From NCBI GenBank assembly GCA_045649925.1, contig JAZRQS010000021.1, forward strand, positions 13,120 to 77,119: a stretch of 64,000 nucleotides of DNA, in the 5' to 3' direction. The notes under the pieces are model-generated. The model did no database searches, had not been told where the DNA came from, and was given only the letters and a program-made list of their open reading frames with translations. The number at the start of each line of letters is the position of its first letter. Within the stretch, counting starts at the first letter, position 1. The DNA comes from Eubacteriales bacterium. Lineage in GTDB: Bacteria > Bacillota > Clostridia > Oscillospirales > CAG-272. Position numbers and translations under genes: made by a program. Shown piece after piece: positions 7,725 to 17,051 of the stretch.

Positions 7725-8576
7725 TCAATATCTGATAAAATAATATGAAAGCACGATAATTCCCAATGCTATTCTGTACCAGCCAAAGCATTCGAAGCTG
7801 TGCTTCTTTACAAAGTCTATAAGGAACTTTATAGAAATAACGGACACAACGAATGCGACGATAACGGAAACAAGCAAAATGAGAAGCTCATTTGCTGAAA
7901 TTGTATTCCCCTCTGAAAAGAATTTCAACACCTTGAGGAGCGATGCGCCAAGCATGATAGGGATCGCCATAAAGAATGAAAACTCTGATGCCGCCACTCT
8001 TGAAACTCGGCAAAGGATACCTCCTATTATTGTAGAGCCTGAGCGTGATGTTCCGGGGATGAGAGACAACACCTGGAAGCATCCGATGGCGAGCGCATCC
8101 TTATAGGTGATTTCATCTACGGTTTGAATTTTTGGCTGCAAAGCATTGTTTTTTCTGCGCAGGCGTTCAATTAAAATAAATGCTACACCATAAACTATCA
8201 AAGCGATCGCAACTACTATGAAGTTGTAAAAGTTGTCGTCAAACCAGTCGTCAAGTGCAAAGCCTATCAATGCGGCAGGAACCACGCCTATCAGCACTTT
8301 TACCCACAAATTTATGGTTTGTTTGCGTTCTGCCGTTGTTTTTGATCGGGAAAATGGGTTTAGCTTGTTGAAATACAGGACAAGAACGGCAAGAATTGAG
8401 CCGAGCTGAATGACTACCATGAACATTTCCATAAAGGCTTCGCTTGCCTTGAATTTCAAAAACTCGTCTACGAGTATCATATGTCCTGTACTACTTACAG
8501 GCAGCCATTCTGTTATTCCCTGAACTATTCCAAGAAAAATTGATTTTAAAAATTCAATAAACATCTGCTCGATCAT
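7725..8576 (-). CDS. uppP: Undecaprenyl-diphosphate phosphatase
   Basis: BacA signatures GITEWLPVSSTGHMIL and PGTSRSGSTI, in a polytopic membrane protein. Confidence 0.9.
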   Translation of the reverse strand: MIEQMFIEFLKSIFLGIVQGITEWLPVSSTGHMILVDEFLKFKASEAFMEMFMVVIQLGSILAVLVLYFNKLNPFSRSKTTAERKQTINLWVKVLIGVVPAALIGFALDDWFDDNFYNFIVVAIALIVYGVAFILIERLRRKNNALQPKIQTVDEITYKDALAIGCFQVLSLIPGTSRSGSTIIGGILCRVSRVAASEFSFFMAIPIMLGASLLKVLKFFSEGNTISANELLILLVSVIVAFVVSVISIKFLIDFVKKHSFECFGWYRIALGIIVLSYYFIRY

Positions 8577-9805
8577 CCTGCAGAACGGATGATATCTCCT
8601 TCCTTGACCTCGTGCGTCATCTTCATATAGAATTTCATCTGCGCGTGAGGTGCACTCTCAATAGGTTCGTGGTTTTCGTTGTAGAGCTCTATTACTGTCA
8701 TTGCCTCTCCTACCCTTGCAGGTGTCAGCAATTCAATAGAGTCGTTTAAGGATACCTTGTTTCGTTGTATCATAAGAGCCTCGCCTGTCTCTGCATTATA
8801 TGACAAAACTGTCGCAAGATATGATTTTTCTCTCAGGTAACCTGTATCGCTGCAAACCTTTGCTTCTTCTTCGGATCTGTCAAAGAAATATCCTGTGGAG
8901 TATTCTCTGTGACTGACGCTTTCAAGCTCTCTCAGCCACAGGGGATTATATGTGTAATTCCCCTTTTCATATTCGGTGATAGCCATTCTGTAAGCGTTGG
9001 TTACTACAGCTGTATAGTAAGCGCTTTTCATTCTGCCTTCGATTTTGAAGCTGTTTATGCCACTTTCCATAAGCTCGGGAATGTGATCTATCATACACAT
9101 ATCCTTTGAGCTCATTATAAATGTCTCGCCGTTTATCTCTCTGACGGGTATCGGAATGTCAGGGCGCTTTTCTTCTATAAGGTCAAATTCGCGCTCTACT
9201 ATCTTGTAATTCCATCTGCATGGCTGAGCGCACATTCCTCTGTTGGCATCTCGGTTTATAAGATAGTTTGAAAGCAGACATCTGCCGCTATAGGAAACAC
9301 ACATGGAGCCGTGAATAAATGCTTCAAGCTCTATTTCAGGCGAGATATTCTTCCTTATCATCTTGATTTCTTCAAGTGTGAGCTCTCGTGCGAGCACTAT
9401 TCTCTTTGCGCCAAGTCTGTGCCACTCCTCACATGCGGCGGAGCTGACTGTATTTGCCTGTGTTGATATGTGAATTTCAATGTCGGGAAGTATTCTTTTT
9501 GCCACCGACATAACGCCTATATCTGCAATTATCAGCGCGTCAAAGCCCACGTTCTTTATGTCTGAAAAATACTTTTCAAGCAAAGGATAATCGTGCTCAC
9601 GTATCATTGTATTTACTGTAAGATATACCTTGACATTTCTCTTGTGTGCGTATTCTACCGCCTCTTTCATCTCGTCTAAAGTGAAATTGTCGGCGGCGGC
9701 GCGCATTCCGAAGATTTGTCCTGCCATGTATACGGCATCTGCGCCGTACAGTATAGCGGCTTTCAGTTTTTCAAAATTTCCTGCTGGAGAAAGAAGTTCT
9801 GCCAT
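8573..9805 (-). CDS. Peptidase U32 family protein (collagenase-like / RNA-hydroxylation-associated family)
   Basis: The N-terminus MAELLSPAGNFEKLKAAILYGADAVY and the Cys motif region CVSYSGRCLLS...CAQPCRW are typical of U32. Its stop overlaps the uppP start by 4 nt. Confidence 0.8.
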   Translation of the reverse strand: MAELLSPAGNFEKLKAAILYGADAVYMAGQIFGMRAAADNFTLDEMKEAVEYAHKRNVKVYLTVNTMIREHDYPLLEKYFSDIKNVGFDALIIADIGVMSVAKRILPDIEIHISTQANTVSSAACEEWHRLGAKRIVLARELTLEEIKMIRKNISPEIELEAFIHGSMCVSYSGRCLLSNYLINRDANRGMCAQPCRWNYKIVEREFDLIEEKRPDIPIPVREINGETFIMSSKDMCMIDHIPELMESGINSFKIEGRMKSAYYTAVVTNAYRMAITEYEKGNYTYNPLWLRELESVSHREYSTGYFFDRSEEEAKVCSDTGYLREKSYLATVLSYNAETGEALMIQRNKVSLNDSIELLTPARVGEAMTVIELYNENHEPIESAPHAQMKFYMKMTHEVKEGDIIRSAG

Positions 9806-9835
9806 TGTTTTTCCTCTGTTATTTGAAAGATGTTT

Positions 9836-9878
9836 GGCTGATATGCTTTGTTTACTTTATAATTATAGCATATCAGCC
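9836..9878. repeat. Perfect 12-bp inverted repeat (ggctgatatgct / agcatatcagcc), 19-nt spacer
   Basis: Arms at 9836-9847 and 9867-9878. The spacer contains the -10 box of the minus-strand promoter listed below. Confidence 0.85.
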
Positions 9879-9890
9879 ACGTTACTTCAA
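9862..9890 (-). promoter_or_regulatory. Sigma-A type promoter for the U32-uppP genes
   Basis: On the minus strand: TTGAAG (9890-9885), 17-nt spacer, TATAAT (9867-9862). Confidence 0.55.
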
Positions 9891-9899
9891 TATGTTTGG

Positions 9900-11012
9900 T
9901 TATATTTTGTCTTTGATTTTTTCATTTGGTATAGCGTAGAGATTTATTTCCCACGCGGGATAACAAGCCTTTCTTCTCAAATAGAAAGAGTAGTCCGAGA
10001 GTGCGTCGTTGAGGTAGTTCAAAAGTGAGAAAATATCTTCGCTTTTGTGGTAAGCAGAAACGAGCAGACAAGGTCTTGCTGATAAAATCGTTTTTGCGCT
10101 TCCCTTCAGCGCCTCCATTTCAGCGCCCTCTACGTCATATTTTATATAGTCAGGTTTTTTTGTTATCCTGCTGTCGAGAGCAGAAATACACACCTTTACC
10201 GACTGGCTTTCAAAAGATGCGTTTGAGAGTGAGGAATTTCTGTTATTGCTACTTGAAAAGCTTGATTCTCCGTCTTTGCTCCACAATGCACTTTCAAATA
10301 TAGTGAGCTTGCAAGATGTAAGCTCGTCTGCTAATTTTCTAAGCTTTTTACAGTTTTTTGGATCGGGCTCAAAGGCAAAAAGCTCCTTCAAGCGAGGGAA
10401 ATACGAAATCATTTCTTTTGCAGTATCGCCATTGTAAGCTCCTGCATCTACAGCACACTCTATTTCCTCGCAATTCAACAAAGCGTACATTTCGTCATTT
10501 GTAGAGGTGAATTGCTCAAGATACTTGACCTCTGCTGTGAGTTTGTAGTTTACAATTGAGGCAAAGAGGTTTCTGGAGTACTCGTCTGACAGGGTGTCGT
10601 ACGCCGTTTTGATTTTTTCATAATGAGCGTTGTAAAATTCTGATGTAAAATATTCCTCGTTGACTACCGGCATATCGGGTACGTAAAGCTCGTAGCTTTT
10701 TTCGATGTCGGAAATGGTTTTCATTACATCCGGTATTCTTGTCGCAAAGGAAACGAGTATTATAAAGTCCTTATATTTTTCTTTTGCCTCGGAAAAGGAC
10801 AAAACTCTTTTGCCTTGGAAGGAGTGACCCCGCACAAATCCGTCGCTTGCGAAAAAGTCCGAGACTTCTCTGCCAATGCGCGCAAGCTGAGCTATCAGCT
10901 TGTCAGCTCCGTTTCCCATTCCGTACACGAGTATGGGGGTGCTTGATTTTGAAATTTTCTTCCAGATATCTTCTTCTGCCGGATATTTTGGCAGACAAAT
11001 GCTTTTTGACAT
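9900..11012 (-). CDS. FkbM-family SAM-dependent methyltransferase with an extra N-terminal Rossmann-like domain
   Basis: FkbM-type motifs AVDAGAYNGDTAKEM and LFAFEPDPKNCKKLRKL, plus the downstream YIKYDVEGAEMEAL. Confidence 0.7.
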   Translation of the reverse strand: MSKSICLPKYPAEEDIWKKISKSSTPILVYGMGNGADKLIAQLARIGREVSDFFASDGFVRGHSFQGKRVLSFSEAKEKYKDFIILVSFATRIPDVMKTISDIEKSYELYVPDMPVVNEEYFTSEFYNAHYEKIKTAYDTLSDEYSRNLFASIVNYKLTAEVKYLEQFTSTNDEMYALLNCEEIECAVDAGAYNGDTAKEMISYFPRLKELFAFEPDPKNCKKLRKLADELTSCKLTIFESALWSKDGESSFSSSNNRNSSLSNASFESQSVKVCISALDSRITKKPDYIKYDVEGAEMEALKGSAKTILSARPCLLVSAYHKSEDIFSLLNYLNDALSDYSFYLRRKACYPAWEINLYAIPNEKIKDKI

Positions 11013-11042
11013 AGCTTCTCCTGTGAATTATTTGCTCGTTAT

Positions 11043-11074
11043 AGAGAAAAACAGCCGCTGTAGACCAGCGGCTG
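11043..11074 (-). terminator. Intrinsic terminator of rplS
   Basis: cagccgctg (11052-11060) pairs with cagcggctg (11066-11074). A T-run on the minus strand corresponds to 11043-11051. Confidence 0.8.
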
Positions 11075-11096
11075 ATTCTCTGTAAAAGTACTAAAA

Positions 11097-11438
11097 TTAG
11101 ATCTTTTCCTTAACCTTAGCGCTCTTACCAACTCTGTCACGAAGATAATAAAGCTTCGCACGGCGAACCTTACCGGAACGCACTACTTCAACCTTCTCAA
11201 CGTTGGGAGAATGAAGGGGGAATGTCTTCTCGATACCACAACCGTAAGAAACGCGTCTTACTGTGAAGGTCTCGGAAATACCGCCGTTATGCTTTGCGAT
11301 AACTGTTCCTTCAAAAAGCTGAATTCTTTCTCTTGCGCCCTCTTTGATCTTATTGTGAACCTTTACAGTATCACCGATCTCGAACTGAGGTACGTCTTTC
11401 TTAAGTTGCTCACTTACAAAAGCCTGAATCTTTTCCAT
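11097..11438 (-). CDS. rplS: 50S ribosomal protein L19
   Basis: [34 protein letters not shown]...[16 protein letters not shown] precedes ATG 11438. The 29-codon upstream extension to 11525 is leader, not coding. Confidence 0.95.
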   Translation of the reverse strand: MEKIQAFVSEQLKKDVPQFEIGDTVKVHNKIKEGARERIQLFEGTVIAKHNGGISETFTVRRVSYGCGIEKTFPLHSPNVEKVEVVRSGKVRRAKLYYLRDRVGKSAKVKEKI

Positions 11439-11533
11439 TTGAGGCTCCTCCTTACCTAGACATTCGTACGGAGCATATCGCAGAGGAATGTCGTTTTTAA
11501 TGTTGATGGACAAACAAGTCCGCAAACATAGGG

Positions 11534-11562
11534 ATTATATCATATCTATCAGGAAAAATCAA
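11534..11562 (-). promoter_or_regulatory. Sigma-A type promoter of rplS
   Basis: On the minus strand: TTGATT (11562-11557), 17-nt spacer, TATAAT (11539-11534). This leaves a roughly 88-nt 5' leader. Confidence 0.6.
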
Positions 11563-11654
11563 TACATTTTTGAAATATTTTTGAATTTTTTCTGATATTT
11601 TTTGTGTTTTGAATTATTTTGACTTATTTTATAACTTAATTTTATGTTTTGTTA

Positions 11655-11683
11655 TTGTAAAATCGATTATATTATGTTATAAT
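11655..11683 (+). promoter_or_regulatory. Sigma-A type promoter of the apgM-lepB-rbgA-rnhB string
   Basis: TTGTAA 11655-11660, 17-nt spacer, TATAAT 11678-11683. Confidence 0.55.
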
Positions 11684-11733
11684 AACATATTGTATAAACA
11701 TTAAACTTTTCAAGAGAAGGTAGGAAGTATATT

Positions 11734-12945
11734 TTGAAGTATTTAATCATAGTATATGACGGAATGGCGGATAGAAAAATCCCCGCACTTGGAAACAAAA
11801 CTCCTATGGAGGTAGCTAAAAAGCCTAATATGGATCGTCTTGCAGAGGTCTCACTTTGCGGCACTGTGTCAAATGTGCCTCAGGGTATGGTGCCTGAAAG
11901 CGATACGGCAAATCTGGCTATAATGTCATATGATCCTAAGGTATATTCAAAGGGGCGCTCTCCTCTCGAGGCTGTGAGCATGGGGCTTACAATGCAGCCT
12001 GATGAAACTGCTTACAGATGCAACCTCGTTACACTTTCAGACGACGAGGACTATGATAACAAGATAATTCTCGATCACAGCTCTGACGAAATTACGACAG
12101 AAGAGGCAGACGTGCTTATAAAGGCTCTTGAGGAAAAGCTCGGAAATGAAAACAGACATTTCTATACGGGCGTGAGCTATCGACATTGCCTTTTGTGGAA
12201 GAATTCCAGCGATACGTACAACTTCGCACGCCCTCATGATATTCTTGAACGTTGCATAAAGGAATATCTTCCAAGTGGCGATGAGGGCGCGCCCTTCTAT
12301 CAGCTGATGCGAGATAGTTATGATGTACTTGCAAATCACCCTGTCAATATAGAAAGACGTAAAAACGGAAAGAGAGTGGCAAACTCCGCATGGCTCTGGA
12401 GCCCTGGTAAAAAGCCGGCGCTTCCCTCATTCAAGGAAAAGTGGGGACTTGATGCGTCTGTTATTTCTGCTGTTGATCTTATCAAGGGTATTGCTCTCTG
12501 TGCAGGCATGGAATCCATCGACGTAGAAGGCGCGACAGGAAACGTTCATACAAATTACAAGGGCAAGGCTGATGCCGCTATAGACGCTTTCAAGCGTGGT
12601 AAGGATCTCGTTTATATCCACGTTGAAGCGCCCGACGAGTGTGGTCATCGCGCAGAAATAGAAAACAAGGTGCTCTCTATAGAGTACATAGATGAGAAGA
12701 TTCTCAAGCCTCTTTATGAGTACTTGTCCGAGTGTGGCGAGGATTTCAAGATAATGGCTCTTCCCGACCACCCTACGCCCATAGAGATACGTACGCACAG
12801 TATGGAGCCTGTGCCCTTTATGATCTACTCCTCAAACGAAAAATTTTCAGGAGTTGACACGCTTACAGAGGATACGGCAGCTTCTTGTGGTAACTATGTG
12901 GCAGATGGAACTCTTCTCATGAATATGCTGGTAAACGGCAAATAA
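11734..12945 (+). CDS. apgM: Cofactor-independent phosphoglycerate mutase, archaeal ApgM type (TTG start)
   Basis: MKYLIIVYDGMADRKIPALGNKTPMEVAKKPNMDRLA at the N-terminus and the metal site VYIHVEAPDECGH...LPDHPTP. AAGGTAGG lies upstream of TTG 11734. Confidence 0.8.
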   Translation: MKYLIIVYDGMADRKIPALGNKTPMEVAKKPNMDRLAEVSLCGTVSNVPQGMVPESDTANLAIMSYDPKVYSKGRSPLEAVSMGLTMQPDETAYRCNLVTLSDDEDYDNKIILDHSSDEITTEEADVLIKALEEKLGNENRHFYTGVSYRHCLLWKNSSDTYNFARPHDILERCIKEYLPSGDEGAPFYQLMRDSYDVLANHPVNIERRKNGKRVANSAWLWSPGKKPALPSFKEKWGLDASVISAVDLIKGIALCAGMESIDVEGATGNVHTNYKGKADAAIDAFKRGKDLVYIHVEAPDECGHRAEIENKVLSIEYIDEKILKPLYEYLSECGEDFKIMALPDHPTPIEIRTHSMEPVPFMIYSSNEKFSGVDTLTEDTAASCGNYVADGTLLMNMLVNGK

Positions 12946-12963
12946 AAATAAAGGGAGACATAT

Positions 12964-13566
12964 ATGTCCGTGATAAACGGCGCAAAGCGCGATAATTCAA
13001 ACGAGGCAAAGAAAATCCAGCGAATTGGCAGCGTGTTTGAGTTTGTCGAGCTTATTGCAATAAGTCTTGGAATAATATTCTTCATTTCGATATTTTTTGT
13101 CCGTCATTCTCTCGTTGTCGGGGGCTCGATGGACAAAACACTTGCAAACGGAGACCATCTTCTGATAAGCAGCTTTATGTATTCCCCTTCGGTGGGCGAT
13201 ATAGTTGTGTGTCAGGTGTCTGACGAGCAGCAAGAATCTCGCCCGCGCGAGCTGTCACCCAAGGAGGCTATAATTAAAAGAATAGTGGCCCTTGGCGGCG
13301 ACAGAGTGAGAATTGAAAACGGAACTGTATTTGTAAACGACGTCGCAATGGTCGAGGACTACAAGTATTCTGACGGCTTGGACTGGGCATCGGATATGGA
13401 GGAGATTACAGTTTCTGACGGATGTGTCTTTGTTTTGGGGGATCATAGAAACAGCTCGCTCGACAGCAGATATATCGGTGAAATTGACGAACGCTTGATT
13501 TTGGGAAAGGCTATATTGAGAATTGCACCGCTCTCGAAATTTGGAAGCCTATATGATAAGGAGTAA
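12964..13566 (+). CDS. lepB: Signal peptidase I
   Basis: N-terminal TM segment, catalytic Ser box GGSMDKTL, and GDHRNSSLDSRY. Confidence 0.85.
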   Translation: MSVINGAKRDNSNEAKKIQRIGSVFEFVELIAISLGIIFFISIFFVRHSLVVGGSMDKTLANGDHLLISSFMYSPSVGDIVVCQVSDEQQESRPRELSPKEAIIKRIVALGGDRVRIENGTVFVNDVAMVEDYKYSDGLDWASDMEEITVSDGCVFVLGDHRNSSLDSRYIGEIDERLILGKAILRIAPLSKFGSLYDKE

Positions 13567-13568
13567 AA

Positions 13569-14432
13569 ATGCCATCTAACGTAATTCAGTGGTTCCCTGG
13601 GCATATGGCGAAAACTCGCCGCATGATACAGGAGAACTTGTCTCAGGTAGATATAGTTTTCGAGGTGCTTGATGCGAGAATTCCTTTAAGCTCGAGAAAT
13701 CCCGAAATAGCCAAGCTTGTCGGAACAAAGCCTATTCTTACGTTTTTAAACAAAACAGATCTTGCGGACCCGTCTTTGACTTCCCTTTGGTGCGATTACT
13801 ATACCAAGCAAAATAATCGCTGTATCGCGATAGATTGCGCCTCTGGAAAGGGCGTGGATAAAATATCCGATACGGTAAAGGATATTCTCTCGGAAAAATT
13901 AGAGAGATACCAAAATAAAGGTATGACGGGCAAGAAGCTGCGCGCAATGGTCGTGGGAATTCCAAACGTAGGAAAGTCCTCGCTCATAAACAAGCTCTCC
14001 GGCTCTAAAAAGGCGAAGGTCGAAAACCGCCCCGGCGTTACTCTGGACAAGCAATGGGTGAGCACATCAATAGGTGTCGACCTTATGGATATGCCCGGAG
14101 TTTTGTGGCCGAAATTCGACGATCAGGTGGTGGGTGAGAATCTCGCCATCACAGGTGCGATAAAGGATCAAATACTCGATATTGAAGAAATAGCGATGAT
14201 ACTGTGCGCACGCCTGCGTGATATGTATCCTCTGTTGCTCAAGGAGCGATACAAGATAGACGATGATGCACTTTCACTCGATGCCTACGACTTGTTTGAG
14301 GCGATAGGTAGAAAGCGAGGAATGCTTGTCAGCGGTGGCGATGTGAATTCAAGAAGAACGGCAGAAATGCTCTTGAACGAATTCAGGAGCGCTACTGTGG
14401 GTAGAATCACCCTCGAAAAGCCAAAGAGGTAA
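13569..14432 (+). CDS. rbgA: Ribosome biogenesis GTPase A (YlqF/RbgA, circularly permuted GTPase)
   Basis: IQWFPGHMAKTRR, then NKTDL preceding GIPNVGKSSLIN (permuted G4 to G1 order). Confidence 0.9.
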   Translation: MPSNVIQWFPGHMAKTRRMIQENLSQVDIVFEVLDARIPLSSRNPEIAKLVGTKPILTFLNKTDLADPSLTSLWCDYYTKQNNRCIAIDCASGKGVDKISDTVKDILSEKLERYQNKGMTGKKLRAMVVGIPNVGKSSLINKLSGSKKAKVENRPGVTLDKQWVSTSIGVDLMDMPGVLWPKFDDQVVGENLAITGAIKDQILDIEEIAMILCARLRDMYPLLLKERYKIDDDALSLDAYDLFEAIGRKRGMLVSGGDVNSRRTAEMLLNEFRSATVGRITLEKPKR

Positions 14433-14441
14433 GGAGATAAA

Positions 14442-15053
14442 ATGCCAAGCTTTGAACACGAGCACGCCCTTGCTCTGAAGGGGTATCAATATATTTGTGG
14501 AATAGATGAAGCAGGCAGGGGTCCTCTTTCAGGACCTGTCGTTGCAGCGGCTTGCATACTTCCCTTCGATCTGGTTATTGACGACTTGAACGACTCAAAA
14601 AAGCTGACAGAGAAAAAACGAGAAAAGCTATTCGACGTAATAAAGGAAAATGCAATTACATACGGCATAGGAATGGCGTCGCCTGAGGAAATAGATAGCA
14701 TCAATATCTTAAATGCGACTATGCTCGCTATGCACAGAGCGCTTGAACAGCTTGCGCCCTCTGCTGATTTTGCGCTGATAGACGGAAATGTTTCAAGAGG
14801 GTTTATCATACCTACACAAACGCTTGTAAAGGGAGACTCCATATCCTGCTCGATAGCGGCGGCGAGCATTCTCGCCAAGGTAACTCGAGACAGAATATGC
14901 CTTGAGGACGCTATAAAATATCCCGAATACAATTTTTCAAAGCATAAGGGGTATTCAACCAAGGAGCATATGGAGGCCGTTATGAAGTATGGCCCCTGCC
15001 CCATACACAGAAAAAGCTTTTTGAAGTTTTTGAACAATGATAAGAATTCTTGA
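14442..15053 (+). CDS. rnhB: Ribonuclease HII
   Basis: ICGIDEAGRGPLSGPVV, DSKKLT, and ASILAKVTRD. Confidence 0.9.
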   Translation: MPSFEHEHALALKGYQYICGIDEAGRGPLSGPVVAAACILPFDLVIDDLNDSKKLTEKKREKLFDVIKENAITYGIGMASPEEIDSINILNATMLAMHRALEQLAPSADFALIDGNVSRGFIIPTQTLVKGDSISCSIAAASILAKVTRDRICLEDAIKYPEYNFSKHKGYSTKEHMEAVMKYGPCPIHRKSFLKFLNNDKNS

Positions 15054-15462
15054 CCTTTTCAAAAAGAAAGACAAGTCTCCCTCCTTTACAAAGCTTGTAG
15101 GTGATTTCGGAGAGTGCGAGGCGGCGAAGTTTTTGAGAAAAAACGGCTACAAAATCCTTGAACGTAACTACGTTGCGCTCGGCAAGGAAATTGATATAAT
15201 AGCGAAAAACAAGGATTTCTTAGTGTTTTGTGAGGTTAAAACTCGAAAAACAAACGAAAATCTTGTGAAAAAATATGGCAGACCGAGAGATGCAGTCAAC
15301 AAAGAAAAGCAAATGCATATATCGAGTGCCGCAAGGTACTATCTTGCAAAAAACAAAACCGACAAAAAAATTCGCTTTGATGTTATCGAGGTTTTCCTCG
15401 AAAATCAAGACGAAAACAAAACGGCAGATATAGTACATATCTGCGATGCATTCAGAGTGTAA
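15037..15462 (+). CDS. yraN: YraN-family (UPF0102) endonuclease-like protein
   Basis: GECEAAKFLRKNGYKILERNY...GKEIDIIAKNKDFLVFCEVKTR. It overlaps the rnhB end. Confidence 0.8.
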   Translation: MIRILDLFKKKDKSPSFTKLVGDFGECEAAKFLRKNGYKILERNYVALGKEIDIIAKNKDFLVFCEVKTRKTNENLVKKYGRPRDAVNKEKQMHISSAARYYLAKNKTDKKIRFDVIEVFLENQDENKTADIVHICDAFRV

Positions 15463-15486
15463 AATATTAAAATAAAGGATATAGCT

Positions 15487-16971
15487 ATGAACTACAGAAG
15501 TACAAGATGCACAAATGATTCAGGAGTCGCTTCCGCGGTAGCGATCAAAAACGGACTTGCGCCCGACGGAGGCTTGTATATGCCCGAAAGCATACCTCAT
15601 TTCAGCGAGAAGGACATTAAGTCGCTCATTGATAAAACGTATGCAGAGAGAGCTGCTTTCGTTATGGGAGCTTTCCTTTCCGACTATACATACGACGAGC
15701 TTTTGTCAGACTGCGAGATCTCTTATGGCGAGGATCGCTTCCCTGGTGGAGCTGCTCCTATACACAATATTGACGGAAACGTATATTCCCTTGAACTTTG
15801 GCATGGTCCTACATGCGCATTCAAGGATATGGCGCTCCAGATAATGCCGAGATTGCTTTCTCGCGCTTTGGTAAAAACGGAAGAAAAAAGGACAGCTATG
15901 ATCCTTGTAGCGACCTCCGGTGACACAGGTAAGGCGGCACTCGAGGGATACAAGGACGTAGACGGAATCAAGATAAAGGTATTCTACCCTGTAGATGGTG
16001 TCAGCCGTGTACAAAAGCTCCAGATGGCTACTCAGGAGGGCTCCAACGTAGACGTGTGCGCTATTTATGGAAACTTTGACGATGCGCAGAATGGCGTCAA
16101 GAGAATATTCTCTGACAAGGAATTCAAGCAGGAGCTTGACTCAGAGGGCATCTTCCTCTCCAGCGCTAACTCGATAAACTGGGGCAGACTTGTTCCTCAG
16201 GTGGTTTACTATGTATCTGCATACTGTGATATGGTGAAAGCGGGCGAAATAAAATTCGGTGAAGAAATTGATGTATGCGTTCCTACCGGAAACTTCGGAA
16301 ACATATTTGCCGCTTATATCGCAAAGCTGGCGGGCCTTCCAATATGCAAACTTATATGCGCATCGAACAAGAATAACATTTTGACAGACTTTCTCCAGAG
16401 TGGAAGCTATGATAGAAATCGCAGCTTCTATACTACTATCTCGCCCTCTATGGATATATTGATTTCAAGCAATCTTGAAAGGCTTTTGTATCTTGTTTGC
16501 GGAAGTGAGAAAACCGCATACTACATGAACGAGCTTTCCAAAAACGGAAAATATTCATTGGCAGACGACGAGCTCGCCAAAATCAAGGAGAACTTCATCG
16601 GATATTTCACAGATGAAGATGAGACGAAGAACACTATCTGTGACACGTTCTCAAGGCTTGATTATCTGATAGATACACATACATCTGTTGGCTATAGCGC
16701 CGCTAAACAGTACATTAAGGAAAATGGTGCAAAGAGAAAGATCGTTCTCGCTTCTACTGCCAGCCCCTTCAAGTTTGCATGTGATGTCTACGAGGCGCTT
16801 AACGGCGAAAAGGCGAGCGATGAGCTTTTGGCGCTTGATTTGCTTTCTGCGCAGACAAAGTGGGAAATTCCTGCACCTATTAAAAACATCGGTAGTCGTA
16901 CTGTAAGATTCTCCGCAGTATGTGATGCGAAGGATATGAAGGATACAGTTATCGAATTTGCAAAGAAATAA
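15487..16971 (+). CDS. thrC: Threonine synthase (long form)
   Basis: PLP-lysine motif GPTCAFKDMALQ and ATSGDTGKAA. Length is 494 aa. Confidence 0.9.
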   Translation: MNYRSTRCTNDSGVASAVAIKNGLAPDGGLYMPESIPHFSEKDIKSLIDKTYAERAAFVMGAFLSDYTYDELLSDCEISYGEDRFPGGAAPIHNIDGNVYSLELWHGPTCAFKDMALQIMPRLLSRALVKTEEKRTAMILVATSGDTGKAALEGYKDVDGIKIKVFYPVDGVSRVQKLQMATQEGSNVDVCAIYGNFDDAQNGVKRIFSDKEFKQELDSEGIFLSSANSINWGRLVPQVVYYVSAYCDMVKAGEIKFGEEIDVCVPTGNFGNIFAAYIAKLAGLPICKLICASNKNNILTDFLQSGSYDRNRSFYTTISPSMDILISSNLERLLYLVCGSEKTAYYMNELSKNGKYSLADDELAKIKENFIGYFTDEDETKNTICDTFSRLDYLIDTHTSVGYSAAKQYIKENGAKRKIVLASTASPFKFACDVYEALNGEKASDELLALDLLSAQTKWEIPAPIKNIGSRTVRFSAVCDAKDMKDTVIEFAKK

Positions 16972-17022
16972 AAAATTAGTGAAAAAACACCACAAAAAAC
17001 GTGGCAGATTACAAAGCAATAT

Positions 17023-17046
17023 GTAAAACCTGCCATTTTGGCAGGC
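17023..17046 (-). terminator. Intrinsic terminator of the DUF1540 gene
   Basis: cctgcc (17029-17034) pairs with ggcagg (17040-17045). A T-run on the minus strand corresponds to 17025-17028. Confidence 0.6.
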
Positions 17047-17051
17047 ATAGA

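Noticed and set aside
11439-11525. A 29-codon N-terminal extension of rplS.
   Set aside because: The strong SD (GGAGGAG) sits directly before ATG 11438. The L19 N-terminus MEKIQ... is canonical. The extension begins at about the predicted TSS.
14486-15037. A 183-aa ORF antisense to rnhB. Similar long antisense ORFs lie at 18244-18897 (tig), 20862-21374 (clpX), 27784-28548 (ecfA1), 31634-32221 (yfhO-1), 37297-38052 (ruvB), 38996-39568 (rumA-like), 52324-53055 and 53293-53872 (acn), 55983-56594 (serS), 60671-61237 (SBP) and 61757-62803 (parC).
   Set aside because: All are fully contained in the opposite strand of genes with unambiguous family signatures. They lack SD sequences and show no motifs, so they are classical shadow ORFs.
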